From: Candidatus Daviesbacteria bacterium | GTDB taxonomy: Bacteria > Patescibacteriota > Microgenomatia > Daviesbacterales > UBA10151 | Assembly: GCA_028715175.1 (NCBI GenBank) | Contig: JAQUSJ010000001.1 | Span: forward strand, 212,550 to 276,549 | Direction of reading: 5' to 3' | Length of the DNA: 64,000 bases | Part shown: positions 1 through 8,117 of the stretch, one piece after another | Position numbering within the stretch: position 1 is the stretch's first letter | Layout of the letters: each line of letters opens with the position of its first letter | Notes under the pieces: model-generated | What the model saw: only the letters and a program-made list of their open reading frames with translations | Databases searched by the model: none | Told to the model about the DNA's origin: nothing | Translations under genes and position numbers: made by a program

Positions 1-9
1 AGAAGAATT

Positions 10-1011
10 TTGGTGGAACTGCCCGGATTAAAAGATGCTTCCGCTGCTGCTAATTTGGTGGGGAAAACAGCTCAATTGGATTTTCGGGAATTGCCTGCCA
101 GCTTGTCTGCCCAGGAAATTGAAGCTACTAAATCAGGCATGCCGATAGTAGCTTTTGCCAAACAGACCGGTTTAACCGGTGCTGATTTAAAAAAAGCTCA
201 GGTTACTTTTGGAGGAGGTCGAGGAGCAAAAAGCGGACCGCAAGTAGCGATTGAGTTTACTGTCGAGGGTGCTAAGAAATTTGCGGAAATTACCAGAAGG
301 AATATAAATAGACCTTTAGCTATATTTTTGGATAATGAACTTATTTCTGCCCCGAATGTTGCTCAAGAGATTGACGGAGGGAATGCCGTTATTACCGGAC
401 AATTTACAACCGAAGAGGCTAAAGATTTGGCTATTGAACTTAATGCCGGCGCGCTGCCTGTACCCATAAAATTAATCAGCCAACATTTTGTCGGTCCCAC
501 GCTTGGTCAGGAATCAATTAATAAAAGTGTTGTTGCAGGAGCTATAGGACTTATGGTGATTAGTCTATATATGGCAGCTTTTTATGGCATTTTAGGACTG
601 GTTGCTGACGGGGCTTTAGTTATTTATACACTTTTAGTGCTGGCAATTTTTAAAACCGGTTTTTTTATTCCGCAATTACAATTTACTCTGACTTTGGCAG
701 GAATTGCCGGGTTTATATTATCAATTGGAATGGCGGTTGACGCCAACATTTTAATTTTCGAAAGAATGAAGGAGGAAATCCGTTGGGGGAAAACTAAACA
801 GGTAGCTCTGGAGCTAGGATTTAAAAGAGCTTGGTCTTCAATTTGGGCGTCAAATGTTTCCTCGCTTTTGACTGCTATTATTCTTTATGGGATGGGGACA
901 TCTTTGATCCGGGGGTTTGCCATAACTTTGGCAATTGGGGTTTTGGTTTCCATGTTTACAGCAGTTGTGGTGACCAGGACTTTTTTGGGATATTTAATAC
1001 GAGATAAGTAA
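10..1011 (+). CDS. secD: Protein translocase subunit SecD (5' end outside the window)
   Basis: LNAGALPVP, VGPTLG and GMAVDANILIFERMKEE motifs; C-terminal TM helices. Confidence 0.96.
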   Translation: MVELPGLKDASAAANLVGKTAQLDFRELPASLSAQEIEATKSGMPIVAFAKQTGLTGADLKKAQVTFGGGRGAKSGPQVAIEFTVEGAKKFAEITRRNINRPLAIFLDNELISAPNVAQEIDGGNAVITGQFTTEEAKDLAIELNAGALPVPIKLISQHFVGPTLGQESINKSVVAGAIGLMVISLYMAAFYGILGLVADGALVIYTLLVLAIFKTGFFIPQLQFTLTLAGIAGFILSIGMAVDANILIFERMKEEIRWGKTKQVALELGFKRAWSSIWASNVSSLLTAIILYGMGTSLIRGFAITLAIGVLVSMFTAVVVTRTFLGYLIRDK

Positions 1012-1012
1012 A

Positions 1013-1885
1013 ATGAACTTTACAAGCACGAGCCCTCATTATGAATATTTACGAAAAAAATGGACCGGCCGCCATCGCGCTATCCAAAATAAGTTTTGGG
1101 AAAAACATGGCGAATCCTTGAAACATTTAGCGCTAGGTTCACTCGGAGGATTGATGTTGCTGGCTGCGCCCCATCAGCCGCAATTGCTATCACAAAATTT
1201 AATCGTAAGCAGTAAAAGTGCGCTTAAAGGTTTTGACCGGAATGTCCTACTTGCCAAAGTTTTATCTGATAATGTACCTCCAGAGGTCAGGCCGCTAGAC
1301 CCGCTAGAGGAAAAAAATATTACCGATATTTTATCTCGTAATCTTGGTTTTAAAGTGGTAACACAGCTTAATAATATAAGATTAAACAGGAATTATGGTT
1401 TAATAGGAGGAGAGCAGCATTTATACCGTTATCCGGGTGATAACTTATATGCTCATGCAGATGCCACATCTGATTGGGCGAATTATGGTGATGCAGGAAT
1501 CGCTCCGGGATTAGGCGCTTGGGGTTATTTCGCACCCTCAAAGACAAGTTTTACAGAGACGGATAAACAAAAAGAGCGTTATTATCTGGCGATTCAAACA
1601 TTCCTGGCTCCGGGTTTTGCGGAAAATTTTGCCAGATACAGAGATTTTTTTAAATTTAGAAAAATGCTGGTGGTAAATCCGAAGACCGGTCAGGCAGTTG
1701 TGGCAGTTATTGGTGATGCCGGTCCGGCAGAATGGACGGGTAAACATCTGGGAGGATCGCCAGAAGTAATGAATGCAATAGGTTTGGCAACCGGATCAAG
1801 AAAAGGCCCGGTACTGTATTTTTTTATAGATGATCCGGAGAATGAGCTACCTTTAGGACCGGTTAGCGTCAGGAGTGAAGCATGA
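1013..1885 (+). CDS. Hypothetical membrane-anchored protein with a putative RlpA-like double-psi beta-barrel C-terminus
   Basis: N-terminal hydrophobic segment; VVNPKTGQAVVAVIGDAGP resembles DPBB motifs; starts 1 nt after the secD stop. Confidence 0.6.
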   Translation: MNFTSTSPHYEYLRKKWTGRHRAIQNKFWEKHGESLKHLALGSLGGLMLLAAPHQPQLLSQNLIVSSKSALKGFDRNVLLAKVLSDNVPPEVRPLDPLEEKNITDILSRNLGFKVVTQLNNIRLNRNYGLIGGEQHLYRYPGDNLYAHADATSDWANYGDAGIAPGLGAWGYFAPSKTSFTETDKQKERYYLAIQTFLAPGFAENFARYRDFFKFRKMLVVNPKTGQAVVAVIGDAGPAEWTGKHLGGSPEVMNAIGLATGSRKGPVLYFFIDDPENELPLGPVSVRSEA

Positions 1886-2214
1886 CTAGAACTTTTTTCT
1901 ACAGCCATTTAATTGAGATAGAATCAATTATTATTGAACTTGATAAGTTGGATTTGTCTCCAGAACAAAAAGAGCACCTTGCCAATTTAATAGATTCCAG
2001 TTTACATCATACTATTTTGGATGCAGTTTTATCCGAATTAACGCCGGCGGATAAAAAAGTTTTTCTGCAATCTCTGAAGGAAGATAATCATAATAAAATT
2101 TGGAAGTTTTTAAATGAAAAAATTGATAGCGTTGAAGAGAAAATTAAAAAAACAGCGAACGATCTTAAAAACGAACTCCACAAAGATTTAAAAGAAGCTA
2201 AGAAGTATAAATGA
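1882..2214 (+). CDS. Hypothetical helical protein
   Basis: 110-aa ORF with ATGA overlap upstream and 4-nt overlap with secF. Confidence 0.75.
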   Translation: MTRTFFYSHLIEIESIIIELDKLDLSPEQKEHLANLIDSSLHHTILDAVLSELTPADKKVFLQSLKEDNHNKIWKFLNEKIDSVEEKIKKTANDLKNELHKDLKEAKKYK

Positions 2215-3098
2215 AAAATTTAATGCGATTTAAATCATTATATTTTATTTTTTCATTACTTATAATTTTGCCGGGGTTATATTATTTAATTACTTCAGGA
2301 CTCCGACTAGGAATAGATTTTACCGGAGGAGCTTTGCTTGAATATCAATTTGAAAAAAATATAGACCCAAATGATTTGAAACAACAGATTTCTTCCCAAG
2401 GCATTGAGGTCGGTCAAATTAATTCCTCTTCAAATAATATTTATATAATCCGTACAAAGCCGGTAGATCAAAGTAAAATAAACCAACTTAAATTATCTTT
2501 GGGTGAAAAATTTGGTCAGGTAGAAGAACGCAGAGTAGAATTTGTGGGGCCGGTTGTCGGAGCTGAACTTAGTCAAAAAGCATTCATTGCAGTGGCGTTA
2601 GCATCTTTGGTAATTGTTTTATACATAGCTTTTTCTTTTAGAAAAATACCCAGACCGCAATCTTCGTGGAGATTTGGCATTACTGCGGTTGTGGCACTGA
2701 TCCACGATATATTGATAGTTGTGGGACTTTTTGCAATGCTAGGAAAATTTCTTGGGGTGGAAATTGATACTCTTTCCGTGACGGCGCTTCTCACGGTCAT
2801 AGGTTTTTCCGTGCATGATACTATTGTTGTTTTTGATAGGATAAGAGAAAATTTGACTAAACATATTGGCAAGAAATTCATCGATGTTGCTAATTTGTCA
2901 GTTATGCAGACTTTAGATAGGTCTTTAAACACCTCTTTGACGGTAGTTTTTGTGCTGTTGGCAATGCTACTTTTTGGCGGAGAAACTCTAAGATGGTTTG
3001 TGTTAACACTGCTGGTTGGTATTGTTTCCGGTACTTATTCTTCAATCTTTAATGCCACAGCATTACTCGTTTGGTGGGAAGAAAAATTAGGCCATTGA
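2211..3098 (+). CDS. secF: Protein translocase subunit SecF
   Basis: LGIDFTGG and GFSVHDTIVVFDRIREN motifs. Confidence 0.97.
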   Translation: MKNLMRFKSLYFIFSLLIILPGLYYLITSGLRLGIDFTGGALLEYQFEKNIDPNDLKQQISSQGIEVGQINSSSNNIYIIRTKPVDQSKINQLKLSLGEKFGQVEERRVEFVGPVVGAELSQKAFIAVALASLVIVLYIAFSFRKIPRPQSSWRFGITAVVALIHDILIVVGLFAMLGKFLGVEIDTLSVTALLTVIGFSVHDTIVVFDRIRENLTKHIGKKFIDVANLSVMQTLDRSLNTSLTVVFVLLAMLLFGGETLRWFVLTLLVGIVSGTYSSIFNATALLVWWEEKLGH

Positions 3099-3128
3099 TA
3101 TTTGCTATAAATTGAATATAATTCTTTC

Positions 3129-3473
3129 ATGGAGAAAATAGAGCTAAGAAGTGTGCCCCCCAAAATAATAATACAAGCATATCTTAGTGAAGCAAGTGGA
3201 GGGTTTGGCTCATACGGTGGATTAGATGGTAAGGGTCCTATGGTAACTATTGATCGAGAAAAAGGGAGAATAGTTGTATTGCGTGGCTCTGATTTTAGAG
3301 GAAGATTAAGAAGATGGAAAGAATCAGGAGGAGAAAGTCTATGTCCATTACAACAAAAGCCTACGCTTGCAGTTTTAAATGCATTTGTTAATCACGATCC
3401 TCGCGCTTTCTATGATAGAAGGATTAATCAAATAGTAATGATACCTAGTGAAGTTGCTGTATCCGTTGGATGA
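3129..3473 (+). CDS. Hypothetical protein
   Basis: 114-aa ORF with TATAAT (3117-3122) 6 nt before the ATG. Confidence 0.6.
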   Translation: MEKIELRSVPPKIIIQAYLSEASGGFGSYGGLDGKGPMVTIDREKGRIVVLRGSDFRGRLRRWKESGGESLCPLQQKPTLAVLNAFVNHDPRAFYDRRINQIVMIPSEVAVSVG

Positions 3474-4845
3474 GATAATCTTTATTATTCTTTGACGAGT
3501 TTTCTAGGACTTCTTCAAAAAGTTTTTGTAGGATTTCACCAACTTTTGGGCCGGGTTTTAAATTAAGTTCTTTCATTACGTCATTACCATTAACTTTTAA
3601 ATCAGAAATAGTAAATGGTTTTTTGAGAACTTCTTTAATTCTTTTTTGAAACTCTTCCATCCTCCAGGAAACAGCTTTTTGAGTTCCGCCTCCCAAGCGA
3701 TCTCCAATCCGTAATGCTATCATGTCCTCGATGTTTTCTATTCCGACATTTTTAATAAATCTGCGGATAGCAGAATCAGTTTGCCGTTCATCAACTGTAA
3801 ACAAATGCCACCTCACAAGACGATATAATTTGTCAGTTTGTTTATTTGATAAATTAAATCTTTTGGCAATATCTAATACTAATTTGCCGCCAACAACATC
3901 GTGATTGTAAAAAGTAACATTTCCATCAGGTTCTGTTTTAACTGTTTTAGTTTTCCCGATATCATGCAAAAGCGCAGCAAACCTGACTAGTGGATCAGTG
4001 GATGGTGTATGTTTTAAAGTTAATAGGGAGTGTTCTCCAATGTCATAGATCCGGTCGTGCTTTGGTCCTTTTTGGACAATGCCAAAACATTTTTCCAGTT
4101 CCGGTAAGATAATTTGTAATATTCCCGCCTCCCTAAGTTTTATCATACCTATGTAAGGACTGCCTGAAACAAGGATTTTAAATAATTCATCATGTATTCG
4201 CTCAAAGGCGATTTCTTTAAGTAAGGTGGCATTTTCCAAAATTGCAGAATGAGTTTTTGGGTCAATTTCAAATTCCAGCTCTGAAGCTAACCTGATAGCC
4301 CTCATTAGACGCAGAGCATCTTCTTTAAACCTTTTATCAGGTTCTCCAACAGATCTGATTATTTTATTCTTAATATCATCCTGACCGTTAAAAGGGTCAA
4401 CTATATTTATGGATCCCGTTGTACTCAGACACGACTTATCAAGTTCGGGATAACAGTGGAGGGCTATTGCATTAATGGTAAAATCGCGTCTTGCCAGGTC
4501 TTCCTCTATTTGATCTGTCCAGGAAACTTCTACCGGGTGGCGGTGGTCTTTATAAACTCCTTCTTTTCTCATAGTTGTAATCTCGAAAATTCCACCTCCG
4601 AGGTGTTTTGTGTCTTTTGACGGAATTCCTACTGTGCCAAATTTATTATCATAAAATCCATCAGGAAAAAGTTTAAGGATTTCTTCTGGTTTGGCATCAG
4701 TTGTGAAGTCCCAATCAGAAATCCGCCGGCTGGCGGATCCCATCAGAAGATCTCTAACTGCCCCTCCCACAATATAAATTTGGAAATTAGATTGCTGCAA
4801 TTTATTTAAGATATTTTTTACCTCAGTTGGTAGTGTATAATTCAT
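3445..4845 (-). CDS. cca: CCA-adding tRNA nucleotidyltransferase with HD domain
   Basis: VGGAVRD, DWD, DLARRDFTINA, EDALR and LLHDIGK motifs. Confidence 0.92.
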   Translation of the reverse strand: MNYTLPTEVKNILNKLQQSNFQIYIVGGAVRDLLMGSASRRISDWDFTTDAKPEEILKLFPDGFYDNKFGTVGIPSKDTKHLGGGIFEITTMRKEGVYKDHRHPVEVSWTDQIEEDLARRDFTINAIALHCYPELDKSCLSTTGSINIVDPFNGQDDIKNKIIRSVGEPDKRFKEDALRLMRAIRLASELEFEIDPKTHSAILENATLLKEIAFERIHDELFKILVSGSPYIGMIKLREAGILQIILPELEKCFGIVQKGPKHDRIYDIGEHSLLTLKHTPSTDPLVRFAALLHDIGKTKTVKTEPDGNVTFYNHDVVGGKLVLDIAKRFNLSNKQTDKLYRLVRWHLFTVDERQTDSAIRRFIKNVGIENIEDMIALRIGDRLGGGTQKAVSWRMEEFQKRIKEVLKKPFTISDLKVNGNDVMKELNLKPGPKVGEILQKLFEEVLENSSKNNKDYLIQRIQQLH

Positions 4846-4880
4846 GATGTTATTGTACTACACCTCCGAGGTGAAATAGC

Positions 4881-6527
4881 ATGAAGTGGAAAATAGCCCC
4901 CAGGAAATCTGATAATTTAGTCGAGCAACTTTTAATCAACCGTGGTATTAAAACCGAAAAAGAAAAAGAGCAATTTTTCCATCCTAAAATTTCCGACTTT
5001 GCTAGTGATTTACAAATTCCCGGTATCAAAAGGGCCAATAAAAGAATTTTACAAGCAATCGAAAGAGGCGAGTTAATAATAGTTTATGGTGATTATGATG
5101 CGGATGGAATATGCGCCGCGGCTGTTTTATACAAAGGCTTAACTTCAATCGGAGCAAAAGTGCTGCCTTACATTCCACATAGAGAAAAAGAAGGGTATGG
5201 GATATCAAATATAGGACTTCAGTCTGTAAAGAATTCCGGCGCTGTAGTAGTGGTGACAGTTGATAATGGAATTGCGGCAGCAGATCAGGCAAAATTTGCC
5301 AAGAGCTTAGGTTTAGATTTAATAATTACGGATCACCATATTCCTGCCGAGCGGAAAAATAAACCTTTATGGCCGGATGCATATGCAATAATTCATTCAA
5401 CTAAGATGTGCGGAGCGGCAGTTGCCTGGTGTTTAATTAAGGATTTGATCGAAAAAGAGTTAGCTACGGAGTTGTTGCAATTTGTAGCAATTGCGACAAT
5501 TTGTGATCTTATTCCGTTGTTTGATTTAAACAGGGCATTTGTTTTTGAAGGGCTAAAAATTTTAAACCAGACAAAAAATCCGGGATTACTTTCATTGATA
5601 AAGGAATCCGGTATTTCTTTAGGAGAGATAGGATCTTTTGAGGTGGGTTATATAGTCGGTCCGAGGTTAAATGCCATGGGTAGACTAGAGCATGCTATTG
5701 ATTCCCTCAGGCTTCTTTGTACTAAAGATCCGGTTAAAGCAAAAAGATTGGCAAAACTTTTAGCTGACACAAATATCACTCGTCAAAAAATGACCATGGA
5801 AGCACTGGAGCAGGCAAAATTATTGATTGATAAACAAAAAAAGATTCATGTTATCTTTAGCAAAGATTGGTCTGCCGGAATTATTGGTTTAGTAGCCGGC
5901 AGGGTTTGCGAGGAATACTCGCGTCCGGCAATTGCCATATCTGTTGGTGAAGAGATTTCTAAAGGTTCTGCCCGGTCTATTGACGGGATAAATATTATTG
6001 AGTTGATCAGGAAACATTCTGACATTTTAATTGATGCGGGAGGGCATCCTGGCGCAGCCGGTTTTTCTCTTTTAAGCAAACATATTGAAGTGTTTAAGAA
6101 AAGATTAGAGGAAATTGCGATAGCATTACCGGAGGAGAAAAAAGTTTTGGAAATTGATGCAGAAGTTATTAGTAAACAGTTAAATAAAACTTTAATTCAT
6201 GAGTTACAAAAATTTGAGCCCTTTGGATTGGGCAATAGAAGACCAGTTTTTGTAACTAAAAATATGCAGGTTTCTGATATTAGGACAGTGGGGGAAGGAA
6301 AACATTTAAAATTTAAGGTCTCTCCCTCTGTCATCCTGAGCGGAGCGCAGCGAAGCGAAGGATCTAATGCGATTGATGCTATTGCCTTTGGAATGGGAGA
6401 TTGGGTGAATCTCTTAAAATCCGGCCAGATGCTAAACTTGGCATATAATTTAGAGTTGGATACTTATAATGGTAATGATAAAGTGCAATTAAAAGTTAAA
6501 GATATAGGTGTTAATCCTTCGGCGTAA
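4881..6527 (+). CDS. recJ: Single-stranded DNA exonuclease RecJ
   Basis: GDYDADG, TVDNG, ITDHH, GSARS and GGHPGAAG motifs (DHH/DHHA1). Confidence 0.96.
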   Translation: MKWKIAPRKSDNLVEQLLINRGIKTEKEKEQFFHPKISDFASDLQIPGIKRANKRILQAIERGELIIVYGDYDADGICAAAVLYKGLTSIGAKVLPYIPHREKEGYGISNIGLQSVKNSGAVVVVTVDNGIAAADQAKFAKSLGLDLIITDHHIPAERKNKPLWPDAYAIIHSTKMCGAAVAWCLIKDLIEKELATELLQFVAIATICDLIPLFDLNRAFVFEGLKILNQTKNPGLLSLIKESGISLGEIGSFEVGYIVGPRLNAMGRLEHAIDSLRLLCTKDPVKAKRLAKLLADTNITRQKMTMEALEQAKLLIDKQKKIHVIFSKDWSAGIIGLVAGRVCEEYSRPAIAISVGEEISKGSARSIDGINIIELIRKHSDILIDAGGHPGAAGFSLLSKHIEVFKKRLEEIAIALPEEKKVLEIDAEVISKQLNKTLIHELQKFEPFGLGNRRPVFVTKNMQVSDIRTVGEGKHLKFKVSPSVILSGAQRSEGSNAIDAIAFGMGDWVNLLKSGQMLNLAYNLELDTYNGNDKVQLKVKDIGVNPSA

Positions 6528-6752
6528 TTATGTTGTTATAACCCACGCTCTGCCTATCCAGAATTCTGGGTTTTTAGTTCTATCAAAACCTATTATCCTA
6601 AAAATTTTATCTGCAGGATCTCTAAATCGCCCATTACCAATATAAATTCCTTCTGGTGAAACTGGTATGCTAACAGTTTTAAACTTTTCGCCTGGTTTAA
6701 GAGTTATGGCTGTTGGATTATTAAATAATTCTACTGCTTCAATATTGGGCAT
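6528..6752 (-). CDS. Unknown 74-aa protein downstream of the Leu-rich attenuator (alternative start 6764)
   Basis: ORF whose start context GGAAAAATATATG is nearly identical to that of pheA. Confidence 0.65.
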   Translation of the reverse strand: MPNIEAVELFNNPTAITLKPGEKFKTVSIPVSPEGIYIGNGRFRDPADKIFRIIGFDRTKNPEFWIGRAWVITT

Positions 6753-6765
6753 ATATTTTTCCATT

Positions 6766-6788
6766 AAAAAACCTCCCGTTCGGGAGGT
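6766..6788 (-). terminator. Intrinsic terminator of the Leu-leader attenuator
   Basis: ACCTCCC-GAAC-GGGAGGT followed by a U-run on the minus strand. Confidence 0.85.
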
Positions 6789-6821
6789 CTTTAATACCTT
6801 TCTTTTTTAGATAAAGTTTAC

Positions 6822-6920
6822 CTAAAAAGATCTCCCTAAGAGCGCTCCGGTAAGGAGCACCAAAAGGAGGCCTAATAAGACTTCAATTCTTTTTAAATTT
6901 AAACTCAAACTTTTCGACAT
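6822..6920 (-). CDS. Leu-rich leader peptide MSKSLSLNLKRIEVLLGLLLVLLTGALLGRSF
   Basis: Translated by hand; 12 of 32 residues are Leu; lies between a promoter and a terminator, and overlaps the antiterminator arm. Confidence 0.78.
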   Translation of the reverse strand: MSKSLSLNLKRIEVLLGLLLVLLTGALLGRSF

Positions 6921-6930
6921 GATGATTATT

Positions 6931-6959
6931 ATGCTAATAGCAGTCTCGTGATTTGTCAA
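6931..6959 (-). promoter_or_regulatory. Sigma70 promoter for the Leu leader
   Basis: TTGACA-17 nt-TAGCAT, 10 nt before the leader ATG. Confidence 0.7.
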
Positions 6960-6978
6960 TAAGTGAGTAAACTATTTT

Positions 6979-7911
6979 TCATTGACCATTGATTGTGCCC
7001 GGATCTCTAGCACCTGCTGGCAACTCGGCTTTTCTGTATGAACCCAGTATTCTAAGTGAGGAACAGTAAGTAGTTTCTAGATCATTTATACCTTGTTTGA
7101 CCGTATCATTTTCAATATGCCCATCTATTGTAACCCAGAAAGCGTATTGTCTCATGATTCCGGTAGGTCGTGAATCTATTTTCGTTAAATTTATGTCGTA
7201 AGAAGCTAAAACCGTAAGGCATCTTGCTAACATTCCCGGACGATTGCTTTCGGGAACGATGAAGACGAGAGCAGTACTATCTTGACCGGTAGGTTTAGTC
7301 TCGCCTCTTCCCAGCATTAAGAAACGAGTAGAGTTGCCTTTCACGTCGCCTATATCTTCTGCAAGGATAGGTACATTGTATATTTGGGCGGCTCTTCTGC
7401 CAGCTATTGCTGCAATTTGTTTATTGTTTCTTGCAAGTTCAACTGCTGCCGTAGTGCTGGAGGACGGCTCTTGTTTTGCTTGGGGATAATTATTTAAAAG
7501 ATAAGTCCTGCATTGAGCTAAAGCTTGAGGATGGGAATGAATTTCGCTTATTTCAAATCCTGGCCATCCTATTAACATATGCTGAATACCTAATATTGTT
7601 TCCCCAAGTATAGTGATACGTCTTGTATGGTTTAGTTCTCTTAAAACCTCTACGACATCTCCTTCGATTGCATTCTCCACCGGAACGACCCCAATGTCAT
7701 AATCGCCTGCTTCTACAGCTTGTACTACTGTTGCATTATAAGGCAAGAAGACAGCATCCATTTCGTCTAGATAATTACCTAACAATTCCCATCTGGCTGC
7801 TTCCGTGTATGTTCCTTCAGGACCTAAACAAGCTACTCTAGGTTTGATTCTACCTTGAGTAAGCTCGATCTTTACCGGATAATTATTTATTAATAATTCG
7901 ATCTTATTCAT
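6979..7911 (-). CDS. pheA: Prephenate dehydratase with ACT domain
   Basis: LGPEGTYTE, VPVENAIEG, HSHPQALAQC, NSTRF and LTKIDSRP motifs. Confidence 0.95.
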   Translation of the reverse strand: MNKIELLINNYPVKIELTQGRIKPRVACLGPEGTYTEAARWELLGNYLDEMDAVFLPYNATVVQAVEAGDYDIGVVPVENAIEGDVVEVLRELNHTRRITILGETILGIQHMLIGWPGFEISEIHSHPQALAQCRTYLLNNYPQAKQEPSSSTTAAVELARNNKQIAAIAGRRAAQIYNVPILAEDIGDVKGNSTRFLMLGRGETKPTGQDSTALVFIVPESNRPGMLARCLTVLASYDINLTKIDSRPTGIMRQYAFWVTIDGHIENDTVKQGINDLETTYCSSLRILGSYRKAELPAGARDPGTINGQ

Positions 7912-7925
7912 ATATTTTTTCCACT

Positions 7926-7958
7926 AAAAAACCTCCGTTTAAAAAAAATACGGAGGTT
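7926..7958 (-). terminator. Intrinsic terminator of the pheA attenuator
   Basis: AACCTCCGT...ACGGAGGTT followed by a U-run, about 15 nt before the pheA ATG. Confidence 0.85.
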
Positions 7959-8001
7959 AGTTAATTTTTAGTTGATTTTTCTCAGCAAAACCAACCTCCG
8001 C

Positions 8002-8052
8002 TTAAGCGAAGGTAAAGAAGAACCAATTAATTCTTCCTACTGGTTTTTGCAT
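8002..8052 (-). CDS. Phe-rich leader peptide MQKPVGRINWFFFTFA (PheL-like)
   Basis: Translated by hand; WFFFTF run directly upstream of pheA, with alternative hairpins. Confidence 0.88.
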   Translation of the reverse strand: MQKPVGRINWFFFTFA

Positions 8053-8059
8053 AGATATT

Positions 8060-8088
8060 AATCTAACAAATATTTTTGATCTTGTCAA
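8060..8088 (-). promoter_or_regulatory. Sigma70 promoter for the pheA leader
   Basis: TTGACA-17 nt-TAGATT, 7 nt before the leader ATG. Confidence 0.75.
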
Positions 8089-8117
8089 CATGTACTTCCT
8101 GCTGTTATGATGCATTC

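Noticed and set aside
6765-8117. T-box riboswitch explanation for the pheA, Leu or aspS leaders
   Set aside because: No TGGNACC T-box bulge or Stem I is visible; codon-rich leader ORFs explain the structure better.
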